Shown piece after piece: positions 12,827 to 24,150 of a stretch of 64,000 nucleotides of DNA. The stretch covers positions 1,240,001-1,304,000 of the forward strand of contig JABVCE010000002.1 of NCBI GenBank assembly GCA_014905635.1, read 5' to 3'. Below the pieces are notes generated by a model that was given only the letters and a program-made list of their open reading frames with translations, was not told the DNA's origin and made no database searches. Source of the stretch: Scenedesmus sp. PABB004. Its lineage: Eukaryota. The stretch's first letter is position 1; every line of letters begins with the position of its first letter. A program made the position numbers and the translations under genes.

Positions 12827-13527
12827 GCCTGCAGCAGCGCGCACTCCGCGGCGACGGCTGCGGCTGCGCACGCCTCGCCGAGACCCGCGCTGGCCATCCT
12901 GGCCTCCCCGCGGCGCTGCGCGGCGGTGCCTGCGCAAGCGTCAGGGCACACGCAGGAGCAGCCGCCGTCTGTGGGTGCGCGGGCCAGCCTAGCGGCGCTC
13001 CGCACTGGAGCCGGCGTCGGAGCAGCACGGGCCGGCGCCGCCCCTGCCGCCGCTGGACGTGGCGCGGCAGCGAGCTCACCCGGCGCTCGGATTGGTCGTG
13101 CGAGACTGGGGACCGCGCGCTCACGGCCTGGCACGCGCCGGTGGGGGCGCGGCCTCCGGGGCGCGGGGTCGGGGCGCGTGCCCGCGCGCCGCGTCGTCGG
13201 CTGCTGGCTGGGAGCTGGCTGGGGGCTGGCCGGACGACGAACGAGCTGGTTAATGGGTCGGCGGAGCGAGCGAAGAGGGGAGCCGGGGGTTGCGCCGCGG
13301 CGGCGGCGGCGCGCCGCCGCTACGGTCGCGCGTTGGGCTGAACTGCCCAACGCGAGCCGCTGCGCGGCTCCCGCAGCTACCAGTGCTCAAAAACTGCAGC
13401 TGCCGACCAGCGCTCGCCCAGGCCACCACGCTGCCGGCGGTGTGCGCAGCACCCACGGCGCGCGCGACACCCGCCCGTGGTCGTTCCCAGAGAGCTGGCC
13501 GCCCCGCCCCGCCCCGCCCGCGAGCGC

Positions 13528-14974
13528 TCAGCCGGGGGCCTCCTGCACCGCCGCGGGAGCCTGCGCAGCTGTCGCGCGCTGCCCCAGGTCGCTCAGCCGC
13601 AGCAGCACACGCGCGTGCCGCACCGCGAGCACGCCGCCGGCGCCGTCGCCGTCGCCGTCGGCAAAGGGCAGCAGCGCGAGAAGCGGCGCGAGCTGCGCGG
13701 TGTAGGTCCGTATGTGGGCCTGCACCGCGCTGCGGTCGTGCCCGAGCAGGCGCGCCACCTCGGCGGCGTAGCCGCTCGGCCGCGCGTCCTTGTACTGCTC
13801 GGCCAGGCACATGGAGAGGATGGCGGCTGCGGCGCGCGCGCACGGGCGCGGGCGCGGGCGCGGCTCGGCGGCTGCCGCGCGCGCACGGCGGCGCGCCGCG
13901 CGGGCGCGGGCGCGGCGGGGCGCGGCTGCGCGCCGCACCCGCCGCGACGTTGGGGCTCCTGCCGTCGGTCGCCTCGATGCGCTGCAGTAGGTCCGCGAGG
14001 TCCAGCGCCGCCCTGACGACCGGCTGCGTGCGCAGCGGGCCGGCGACGCCGGGGGTGTAGGCGGGCAGCACGAGCGCGGCCGCGCGCAGGACGAGGGTGG
14101 AGAGGTGGGGCGGCGGCACAGGGCGCGCGAGCGCAGACACCAGCCGCCTGCGGCCGGGCGGGCGGGCGCGGCGCGGCGGCCGCGGACGAGTGAGCGGGGG
14201 AAGGCGCACGCCAGGCGCCGCGCGCACCCGGAGGCTGCGGCGCACGCGCCCGCGCGCCCGCGCCCAGCCGCCGCCGCCGCCGGCGCAGGGCCAAGAGGCG
14301 CGCGCGCCTGAACTCGCGGCCAACCTCCGCGCCATAGACCGAGAGCGGCGCGCCCGCGGCGCCGAGCGTGAGCGCGTAGCGCTCCTCGCGCGCGGCCAGG
14401 TAGATCGTGGCCGCCACGGTCGCGGCGGTCGTGTTGCGCCGTGGCGCGGCGGCCGCGTTGGCGTCGACGACGAGCGGCAGCAGCCCCCGCGCCGCGGCCG
14501 CGACGTGCGCGGGGAGCTGAAGCACGCTCACGCCCGCCGCGAGGCGGTCGAGGTTGGCCGCCACCACGCGCGCGCCGCCCGACGGCAGCGCCGCCGCCTG
14601 GCCGGCGCGCGAGCCGTCCTGCAGCAGCGCCGCGCCTGCGGCGCGGCGGCGGCGCGCGATGGGCGGGGGCCTTGCGGCCCGCGCCGGCCGACGCAACGCC
14701 GCCGCCGCCGCCGCCGCGCCGCCGCCGCCGCACCCGTGCGCGCGCCGTCGTCGTCGGCGGACACGAAGACGCCCGTGCGCCCGGCCGCGTCGAACGCGGG
14801 GCCCGCCACCAGGTCATCCTGGTCGTCCGCCAGCGCGCCGCAGGCGGTGCAGATCATGCGGGTGCCCTCGTGAACGTCCTCGAAGTCAAAGGCGTCCATC
14901 CCGCAGTGCGCGCAGAGCGGCGGCGCGGCCGCTGCCGCCGCCTCGCCGCACAGCGGCGACGGGGGCGCCGCCAT
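13528..14974 (-). CDS. TFIIB/BRF-related transcription factor (zinc ribbon + cyclin-like folds)
   Basis: N-terminal CAHCG-x-EGTRMICTACG zinc ribbon, then cyclin-fold-like LQLPAHVAAAARGLL and TVAATIYLAAREERYALTL, and a second repeat AAAAILSMCL..AAEVARLLG. ATG 14974, TGA 13528. Confidence 0.75.
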
Positions 14975-15188
14975 GGCAGGACGAGGGCGCTCGCGAAGAT
15001 CACGGGCCCGCGCTCTCCCTGGGGCGCCCACGGCGTCGCCTCGCGTGGAGGTGGGAGGCCAGCGGGTGGGCCATCGCCCGCACGAGTCCCGCCAGTCATC
15101 CCGCCCTCGCCCGGCCCCGACGCGCACTCCCCCGCGCTCCACGCGCTGCCACGCCGCCGCCCCGCGGCCCCGCGCAGCGCCAATTGCG

Positions 15189-15947
15189 ATGGCCGCCCTG
15201 CTGGCTCGCGGCGCGGCCGCGCCCGCGGCGCTGCTGCGGCGCCGGGCGCCAGGTGCGTGGCGGCGGCACAATGGGGCGCGCCGGGGCGCGCCGCGCTCGG
15301 CTGGCGCGGGCGCCCGCGCGCTGCTGACGGCTGCGATTGCGTGGTGGCCGCAGGCGCCCTGGGCCGCCCCCTGGTCCGGCGGGCCCGCCTGGCGCCCCGC
15401 GCCATGCTGCCCGGCATGGAGCACGTGGCAGCGCTGCACAGCCACGCCGCCAGGTGCGGCGGCGGCGCGGCGCGGCGCAGCGGCAGCGGCGAGCGCGGCG
15501 CGATGCGCGCGGGCGAGATCGGCGCGCGCCCATGCCCCGCGCGCCGTGCCGCCCCGCAGCCTGCACGGCCTGGCGCAGAGCCTGGCGACGCTGGCGGACG
15601 CAGACTCCACGGTCGAGGCGGCCGCGAGCGCCGCGACGACCGCCGCGTCGAGCCAGGGCGGCGGCGCGTTTGGCTTCCTGGCGGACGGCTTCGAGGCCTT
15701 CCTCAAGGCGCGCAGCAGGGGGCCGCGCAGCAGCGGGGTGGCCCAGCGCGGGCGCGCCAGCAGCGCAGCCGCTCGGCGCGGCAGTGCCCCCGGCGCCGCC
15801 GCCGACCGACGCGCGCGTCCCGACGCGCACGCAGGTGCTCGAGGGCGGCCTGGAGCGCGCGGGCGTGCCGTACAGCTACGGCTTTGCCATCATCATCCTC
15901 ACGCTGCTCGTCAAGGGCGCGACCTACCCGCTCAGCCGCAAGTCGGT

Positions 15948-16004
<57 letters not shown>

Positions 16005-17421
16005 GCGCGCGCGCGCGCGCCGCAGGGGCTTGCCCGGGCTGCAGCGCTGACGCCGCCGCCGCCGCCGCCGCCGCGGCGCCGCCGCGCAGATGGAGAGCAC
16101 GATGGCGATGCAGGCGGTCGCGCCGCGCGTGAAGGAGCTGCAGGCGCGCTACGCGAACGACCCCGAGACGCTGCAGCTCGAGACGGCGCGGCTGTACAAG
16201 AGCAGCGGCATCAACCCGCTCGCCGGCTGCCTGCCCACGCTCGCGACCATCCCCGTCTTCATCGGCCTCTACCGCGCGCTCACAAAGGCCGCTGACGACG
16301 GCCTGCTCACGAGCGGGTTCTTCTGGATCCCCTCGCTCGGCGGGCCGACCAGCATCGCCGCGCGCCAGGCGGTGCGCCGCGCGGCCGGGGCAGCGCAGCG
16401 AGCGCGCAGGCGGCGGCGGCGACGCGCGGACGCCGACGCGCCCGCGCCTGCGCGCGCGCGCGCGCAGGGCTCTGGCCTCAACTGGCTCTTTCCGTTTGTC
16501 GACGGCGCGCCGCCGATCGGGTGGCACGACGCGGGCGCGTACCTCGTGCTGCCGGTGCTGCTCGTGGTGAGCCAGTGGGCGAGCCAGAAGATCGTGAGCC
16601 CGCAGAGCAGCGACCCCGCGCAGCAGCAGACGCAGGCGATCCTCAGCTTCATCCCGTTCATGATCGGTGAGCGCGCGGGGCTCAGGGGGCGGGGCTCAGG
16701 GGGCGGGGTTCAGGGGACAAAACCCTCGCCCTCCCCGGGCCCGCCGCCGCCGCCGGCGGCGCGCCCGCGGCTGACCGGCCGCGCGGCGCCGCCGCGCTGC
16801 TCCCCCGCCTGCGCGCCGCGCAGGGTGGTTCAGCCTGAACGTGCCGAGCGGGCTCACGCTGTACTGGTTTGTGAACAACATCATCTCCACCGCCATGCAG
16901 CTCTACATGAAGAGCACCATCAAGGTGCGCGCGCGCGCGCGGCGCCGGGCGCAGCAGGGGCGCGGCGGCGCGGCGCGGGCGGCGGCGGGCGCGGCAGGGG
17001 CGCCGCGGCCGAGAGCGCGCGCGCGCTCGCGCGCCCGCAGGTGGACCTGCCGCCGGTGGCGGCCGCGGGCGAGGCGCCGGGCATCATCGACGTGACGGGC
17101 ACGGTCATCAAGCCCAAGGAGGACCGGAAAAAGGAGGGCTCCGGCAAGGAGCTGGGCAGCCGCAAGAAGGCCCGCCGCGACGACGAGCCCAGCAGCAGCG
17201 CGCCGTCGCCCGCGGCCGGCGGCGGGGCGCAGCAGTCGGGCGGGCGCGGCCAGAAGTTCTCGGCCCGCAAGTCGCGGGAAGCGGCCGCCAAGGCCGCCCA
17301 GCAGGCCGGCCTCGCCGCGCCCAACGGCGCCGCCGCGGCGGCGGAGCCCGCGCCCGCGCCCGCGGCGACGAGCACGTTGGAAAGCGTAAAGGTGCCCGAC
17401 GCGCCGCCGCGCAAGGACTGA
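15189..17421 (+). CDS. ALB3: ALBINO3 (YidC/Oxa1 family) thylakoid membrane insertase
   Basis: GGAFGFLADGFEAFLK|VL, VPYSYGFAIIILTLLVK, GINPLAGCLPTLATIPVFIGLYRAL, GFFWIPSLGGP, AYLVLPVLLVVSQ, WFSLNVPSGLTLYWFVNN; basic C-terminal tail; transit-peptide-like N-terminus. Confidence 0.95.
15948..16002 (+). repeat. (AGC)n microsatellite, ~18 units, in an ALB3 intron
   Basis: Perfect agc run directly after the gtgag donor. Confidence 0.9.
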
Positions 17422-18052
17422 GCGCGCGTGGCGCGTGCCGGGGCGCGGGGCTGGCCGGGGAGGGGCGGGCGAGAGGGACGGGGACGGCGGGCGGCGGGCG
17501 TCGGGCGGCGGGCGGCGGGCGGGGCGGCCCGCGCGCGCGCGCGGTGCGTTTTTGTGCAGCAGGTGTGTCGCGCGGCGTGGCGCGTGGCTGAATTCAGCTG
17601 GTAGGGAGTTCGCATAACCCCGGCTCCGTATAATGTGGCGCCAGCGCACGTGCGCTCCTCATTATGTTGCAGCGGCGGCGACGACGCGCGTGCGCTGTGC
17701 GGCGCAGCCGCGCGATTGTGTGGCGGCGTGCGCGAGAGTGGCAACGGAGAGCAGCCCACCCGACCGACCGGCGCGCTGGCAGCCCCGCCCAGGCTAGGCC
17801 AGCTGCGGCGCCGCCACGGCTCGGTCGCGCGGGCCCGCAGCAGGGCACAGCGGCGGCGTAGCGGCGCGCCCGCACGGGCGCCGCGCCGGCCGGGTGGCCG
17901 CGCCGGCCGTCGTGGCTGCCAGCATACGTGCGCCGCACGACGCAGGCAGGCCCCCCGGCCAGCGCTGCCACACGCCCGACCCGATCTGTCCCCGCGCGGC
18001 CCTGCGCGCCAATCCGCGCCCGCGCTAGGCGCCGTCGCGACCGACGATCGCC

Positions 18053-19717
18053 ATGCTGCGCGCGGCGGGCGGCCTGGTGGCGCGCCTGCAGCAGGGGGGG
18101 GCGGCCCAGGGCGCCCTCGCCTGCGCTGCGGACGCGCTGCAGGGCGGCCTGTCCGCGCTGGCGGCCGAGTTCGGCACCCTAGCAGACCGGTGCGCCCGGG
18201 AGGCCCGCCGGCGCGGCGGCGCGGCCGCCGCGCGGCGCGCGGGAGCGGCGCGCGGGGCAGCAGCAGCGGCAGCGGCAGCGGCCCTCGCCGCCGCCGCGGC
18301 CGCGGCGCCCCGCATCTCACCGCGCCCGGCAACCGCCGCAGGCCGTCCAGCAGCTCCGGCGTGGCGGCGCTGCAGCAGGCGGCGGGCAGCGCCAGCGGCG
18401 CCGCGGCGCCGCCCGCGGCCGGCGCGGGCGCCGCGCAGCTGCAGCAGGCGCGCTGCATGTCGCTGCGCTACGCGCGTCGCCTGGACAAGCAGAACGCGGC
18501 CTACTCCCACAGGTGGCGCCCGCCGCTGCTGCGGCGCGCGGCGCGCGGCGCGCGGCGCGGCCCGCGGGCAGCGCTCACCCCGCAGCGCCCGCCGCCGCCG
18601 CGGCACGCACCGACCGCGCCCCCGCGCTTGCAGGAACGACGTCGTCGCGTTCCAGGGCGGCCTGACGGACTACCTCATCAAGGTGGTGCCCAGCTGGATC
18701 AAGTTTGGCGTCGCGGGGCCGGGGCAGTCGACCAACGTGTACGAGGAGCCAACGCTCTACACCTCGCCCGAGCACCTCCTGCCGCTCGTCAGGCGCGCCC
18801 AGCCGCCGCCGCACCCGCCGCCGCCGCTGCGCCGTCACCGCCCCTGCCTCGACCCCACCTCACCTCACCCACACCTCGCCCCCGCCCCACGCCCGCCGCG
18901 GGCGCGTGGCCCGCGCGCGCGCGCGCAGGTTTCTGCGCGACCACGTCAACACGCAGTTCAAGTGCTTCATCGACGTCACCGCGGTCGACTTCCCCGAGCG
19001 CCCCGCGCGCTTCGAGGTCGTGTACCACCTGCTCTCGCCGCGCTGGAACAACCGCATCCGCATCAAGGCGCGCGCGCGCGCGCGGCATGCGCACGCGCGG
19101 CGGCGGCAGAGGCGGCGGCAGAGGCGGCGGCGGAGGCGGCGGGGCCGCGCCGCCGACGCGGGCGCGCTGCCGGGCGCGCCGCGCAGGTGTGCGTCGACGA
19201 GGTCACCGCGGTGCCGAGCCTCACGCCGCTGTACCCCGCGGCCGACTGGTTTGAGCGCGAGACGTGGGACATGTTCGGCGTCTTCTTCAGCGGCCACCCC
19301 GACCTGCGCCGCATCCTCACAGACTACGGCTTCCAGGGCCACCCGCTGCGCAAGGACTTCCCGCTCACGGGTTACACAGAGGCGCGCCGCCGCCGCCGCG
19401 ACCGCCGCCGCCGCCGCCGCCGCTGCCAGCTCCGCCGCCGCCCGCGCCGCCCGCGCCTGCGCCGCGCGTCTCACGCGCCCCTTGTTGTCTGCAGGTGAGG
19501 TACGACTACGGCAAGAAGCGCGTCGTCACGGAGCCGCTGGAGCTCACGCAGGAGTTCAGGTGCGCCCGCCCGACCCCCTCTGCGCCCCCTCCCCCCCCCC
19601 CCCTCGCCCGCGCCCTGCGCGGCCCCGCGCCTCACGCCGCCGCCGCCGCCTCGCTCCCCCCCCCCCATCCGCAGGTACTTTGACTTCAGCTCGCCGTGGG
19701 ACACGCTGCCGCGCTGA
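18053..19717 (+). CDS. NDUFS3: NADH:ubiquinone oxidoreductase 30 kDa subunit (NDUFS3/Nad9), nucleus-encoded with presequence
   Basis: [96 protein letters not shown]. Confidence 0.96.
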
Positions 19718-20248
19718 GCGGGCGCGGCGGAGCCGGGCGTGCCGCCGCGGCCGGCGGGGGGACGGGCGCGCCGTTCGCTGGGCGGGCGGGCGGGGGCGCT
19801 CGACGGGACGAGCGCGAGCTTGACCGATCGCACTGCGTAGTAATGCGCGACGAGGGGCCGGCGCGCGCTGCCGCCGGGCCGAGGCCGCTCAAGCAGCTGC
19901 CGCGCCCCCGCCAAGGCCGCGCGCGACGGAGGGGGTGGCGGCACACGATTTTACACGGCCAGCGGCCACCGCCGCAGCCACCACTCACCGCCCACACTCC
20001 AACGCGCGAGCACACACGGTGGCGCCTGGGCGCGGAGCGCCGCGCGCCCGCACCGGCACCGCCGCCCCCGGTGGAGGGTGGCGGACGCTGCCGTGCGCGG
20101 GGGGCCCTTTCAGGTCATTACACGGCCCGGGCAGGCAGCCGTGGGGGCTGCTGCTGCGGGCTGCGCGACTGCAGCGCCGCGCTCAGTGCCGACAGCGCGT
20201 CTACCTGCACCTGCGCACTCCCAGCGCTCCTGCTGGCGCGCGAGGCGA

Positions 20249-21142
20249 TCAGTCGTCGTACACGCTGCGCACGCGGCGGCGCGGGGCGGCGGGTGAGCGA
20301 GGAACAGGAGGGCGCGGACGCCCGGCCGCTGGCCGCGCCACCGCTGGCAGCCCAGCTCCCCCGCTGCAGCTGGCTCCCCGCTGCCGCTGGCGGCGCCTCT
20401 CGCCGCGCGCAGCGCGCCGCGCACCGGCACTCGTCGGCGTCGGGGTTCTCGCCGCAGAACTGCTCGAGGGGGTCGCTGGACGCGGCCTGCGGGCTCGGCG
20501 GGCGTGGCGCTGAGGCGCAGACGCGCCGGGCCGCGGCCTGCGCCGCCGCGCGGCAGCAGCGCCAGTCCGAGCAGCGGCGAGCGCCCGCGCCCGCGCCGGC
20601 CCCGCCGCCCCTCCTTGGCTGGCCGGCGCGCGCCCCGTGCGCCCGGGCGCGGCGGCAGCGCTCACGTCGGCGACCTTCTTGTGGCTGATGGCGGCGCTGA
20701 TCTCCTCCACCTGCGGCAGCGCGCCGCGTGAGCCGCGGCCCGTATTGCGGCGCGTGCGCGCGCCCGGGACGGCGCGGCGGACTCACGTTGTCCCAGGCCG
20801 CGGCGCACTCGCCGGCGGTGCCGTCGGCGCACTTCTCCTCGGCCTCCTTGATGGCCGTCTCAACAGCAGCCTTGTCCTGCGCGTCGACGGCCGCTCAGCG
20901 CCGCATTGCGCGCGACGCGCTCTAACGACCGACAGGCGCCCGCGGCGCGGCGCCATGCGGCCGCAGCGCGCCGCGGGGAGGGGTGGCCGCGCCATCCGCG
21001 CCCGCCCCTGCGCGCAGGGGCCGCCACTCACGGGCGTGGAGCTGCGCATGGCCACGCGGGGCAGCGGGCGCACGCTCACGGCGCGCGGGCCGGCGGCGCG
21101 GGCGACGGGGCTCGCGCGGACGCTGCGCATGGTGAGGGCCAT
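20249..21142 (-). CDS. CP12: CP12 Calvin-cycle regulatory protein
   Basis: Transit peptide MALTMRSVRASPVAR, then AIKEAEEKCADGTAGECAAAWDN|VEEISAA and DPLEQFCGENPDADECR|VYDD. All four Cys and the AWDxVEE motif are present. Confidence 0.96.
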
Positions 21143-21590
21143 CGCGCGAGCTGCTGGCGGGGTGTGGCGGGCAGTTGCGGGCTGAGGGCGAGTCACAAGA
21201 GCGATCCGGACGCCTCTGCACGGTGCAGGCAGCAATGCTGCAGCCTCGCGGCTTTTGCCAGCGCTGACCCCCCGGCAGCAGCTGCGCCGGGCAGCCCGCC
21301 GTTTTCCGGCCTCAGCGACCGAGAACACGCCGTCGAGGCGCGCCCGCGTGGCCCAATGCGGGCCCCGCGGGCGCTGCTGGCGCCGGCCTTAGCACAGGCG
21401 CTCCCTCGGCGCCCTCCCGCCGCGACCCCCGGTGCTGCCGCCAGCTGCACGGGAGGGCGCCGCCCGCCTGCCTACGCCGGCGGTTGTGCGGCGGCGCGGC
21501 GTCGGCGCCAGGCGGCGGCGCGCGCTGCGAGCGCGCTGGCCGCGCCGCCCAGCGCGCTCGCACCTCTCTCCTGCGCCTCCCGGCTTCCCC

Positions 21591-23364
21591 TCAGCTCGGC
21601 TGCACCCACACAAACTCCTCGACGTACGCCGATGGCCCGCGCGGGCCCTCGACCGGCGGCGGCGTGCAGCTCGCGGGGCACGAGTACACTGCGATCGTGC
21701 CCCTGCGGCGGCGGCGGGGCACAGGCGCGGCGGCGCGCGGGCGTTGGGGCGCGCAGCCGGCGGCTGCGCCGCCCGGCGGGCGGGCGGGGCGCCGTGCAGC
21801 GCAGCCCGGGCGCGGGCGGCGCGCCGGCGGCGCCGTCCGCGAGGGCGCGGCGGCTGCGGGCCGCTGCGCACCAGTCGGGGGCGTGGGGGTCCCCCGGGTC
21901 GAGCTCCATCAGCGACAGCAGCTGCGGCATCACCTGCGGCGCGCGCGGCGCGCGGGGTCGGACCTCGGCGCGCGCGCGCGGGCGGGGCGCCGCCGCCGTG
22001 CGGCGGGTAGGCGCAGGCGCCAGCCGGGGCGTGCGCGCGGGGGAGGCATCAGGGTGTGTCTGAAAGGTGTCCACATTGTGGTTTCAGGTCAAAGTGAAGA
22101 AGTGATTGCATCACCTGCCGCCCCCGCACGCACACGCACACGCACACAGGCGCACACGCGCTCGCCGCCGCGGCGCCCGCGCCGCGCACCTGGAACTCAA
22201 AGCGTCGCGCCGCGCCGCAGTGCGGGCAGGGCGGGATGTCGCCCGGCGCCGGCACGCACTCGTGCGACGGCCACAGCGGCGCCGCGCCGGGCTGGAAGCA
22301 GTAGCGCAGGCACTGCTCCGGCGCGAGCGCGGTGCGCGCCTGGAAGGCCTGCGCTCGCGGTCGCGGCGGCGGCGGGCACGTCGGCGGCCGTCGCGCGCTC
22401 CCGCGCCCGGCCCCTGCGCGCGCCGCCGCCGCCAGCGCCGCCCGCCCCGCCGCCGCCGCGCGGCGGCGCACCGCAAACGCGCGCTGCGCCGGCCCCGCCG
22501 CGCTCTCGAGCTGGTCCACCAGGTCCCCGGCAGCTCCTGCTCGTCATACTCCCCCTCCTCCGCCACGCGCGCGTTGTACGCCGCCAGCAGCCTGACCGGC
22601 GACGCGGCGCGGCGGTGTGAGGCAAGGGCCGCGGGCCGCGGGCCGCGGCGCCCGCACGCGCTGCGTCGCCGCCTCACCGCGCGACCTCGCCGCGCCGCGC
22701 GCCGGCGCCGCCCTGCCCCTCCTCGTCGTCGCCATCGTCGCCGTCCTCGCTCGGCTCCGGCTCGACCACGAGCTCCTGCTCCGCGAACAGCGGCACGCCG
22801 CCCGCGGCCGCGGCCGCCGCGTCGGCCACCGCCGCGCCGCCCGCGATCGCGGCCTCCGCGTCGACGACGCGCCAGGGGTCGCGCTCGCGCGCGAGCGCCG
22901 CCTCGGCCGCGCCCAGCGGCACCGGCGCGGCCTGGCCCTCGGGCGCGGGCGCGTCGCCGTAAAACGCGTTGGCCCGCCGCAGCTGGCAGCGCAGCGCGCG
23001 CACCGCGCCGGGCTTGGCGAGCTCGTCGCCCTGCGCGCGCGCGGGCGGGCGGCTCGCCGCCGCGCGGCCCCCGCCGCCGCCGCGCCGCGCGCCGCGCGCG
23101 CCGGGCCCCGGGCGGGGGCTCTCACTCACTCACTCACTCACTCACTCACTCACTCACTCACTCACTCACCCGGGGCGATATGAAGAGGAACAGTGTTCGG
23201 TGGAACGCCTCGACCGGGCAGCCCGAGGCCGGGCAGTACACCTGCAGCAGGAAGCGCAGCGCCTCGCCGCTCACGCCGCACGTCAGCTGCGCCGGCGTCG
23301 GCAGGTTGAGCGGGTCCAGCCACGCCTGCGCGGCGGCGGCGCGCGGCGCCCGGACGTGGGCGGC

Positions 23365-23395
<31 letters not shown>

Positions 23396-23729
23396 TGGCA
23401 CTGCGGCGCGCTCGCTGGCCGCCCGCCGGCGGGCGGCGCACCGGCGCGCCGCCGACTTTGCTGGGAAAGCGGTGGCGCAGCAGGTCGGTGGGGCGCTCCG
23501 GGTCGTCCAAGAAGCCCAGCATGTACTGCGCGGCGGGGGCAGCGCCGGCAGCGTCGGCAGCAGCGGCAGCGCGCCGCGTCGCGGCTGGCGCCGGCGGTGT
23601 CGCGCGCGGCGACGCGCAGGCGCGTGTGTAGGCCTGGCTGCCAGTGCAGGCGCGGGCGCCGGGGTCGGCGCGCACCTCCGGGCCCTCCTCCGGCTCGTCG
23701 TCCGAGTCCGCTGGCGGCCGCCCCGGCAT
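21591..23729 (-). CDS. PDCD2: PDCD2/TSR4-family protein (uS5 chaperone, ribosome biogenesis)
   Basis: FPSKVGGAP|AWLD, LRFLLQVYCP, FHRTLFLF, VRALRCQL, PEQCLRYC, IPPCPHCGAARRFEFQ|VMPQLL, DW|GTIAVYSCPASC, YVEEFVWVQ. Confidence 0.9.
22045..22119 (-). ncRNA. Intronic box C/D snoRNA, U36/snR47-like (LSU rRNA 2'-O-methylation guide)
   Basis: AT-rich island in a GC intron. On the minus strand: box C GTGATGC (22114-22108), guide TTCTTCACTTTGAC + box D' CTGA (22087-22084), box D CTGA (22052-22049). Flanked by an 18-bp inverted repeat with 16/18 matches (22031-22048 vs 22116-22133). The guide is complementary to conserved LSU rRNA GUCAAAGUGAAGAA. Confidence 0.85.
23121..23169 (-). repeat. (GTGA)n tetranucleotide microsatellite starting at a PDCD2 5' splice site
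   Basis: Plus strand (ctca)x~12; the minus strand reads exon ..ISPR then GTGAGTGAGTGAGT... Confidence 0.9.
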
Positions 23730-24150
23730 GGCTGCTCCGCGCTGCGCCGCCGGGCGCGCCCGCGCGGCAGGACGTTCAGGGGCCGATCCTGCAGCCGTGG
23801 AAGTGGGCTGCACCTCCGCCGCGCGGCGAGCACGCGGTGTGCGCCCCCAGGCGGCCGCTGCTGCTGCTGCTGCTGCTGCGGTCGGCGCCTAGCGGCGACG
23901 TTCCTGGTCGCGAATTATCACGGGCGTTTTCCTCAGCGACCGAGAACACGACGCGGTGCTTGGTCGGGGCGCAGGGCCTGTGCCTGCGCGCCATAAGGCC
24001 GCCCGCGCTCGCCCACGGCGGCACAAGGGGCCCCCGGGATCGCGCCATCGCTTGCTGCCCGCAAGCGCCGCCCGGTAAACGGCCGCCCACGCCCAGGCAG
24101 CGCACCGCGGCGCGCGGCGGCAGCGGCGCCGGCCGCGCCCGCCCGCCGCC

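Noticed and set aside
16677..16727. GGGGCTCAGGGGGC repeats and AAAACCCT as an interstitial telomere
   Set aside because: Only three degenerate units; consistent with ordinary G-rich intron sequence.
18053..19717. Nuclear location of nad9 as a novel gene transfer
   Set aside because: Already established for chlorophycean algae; useful only as a taxonomic clue.
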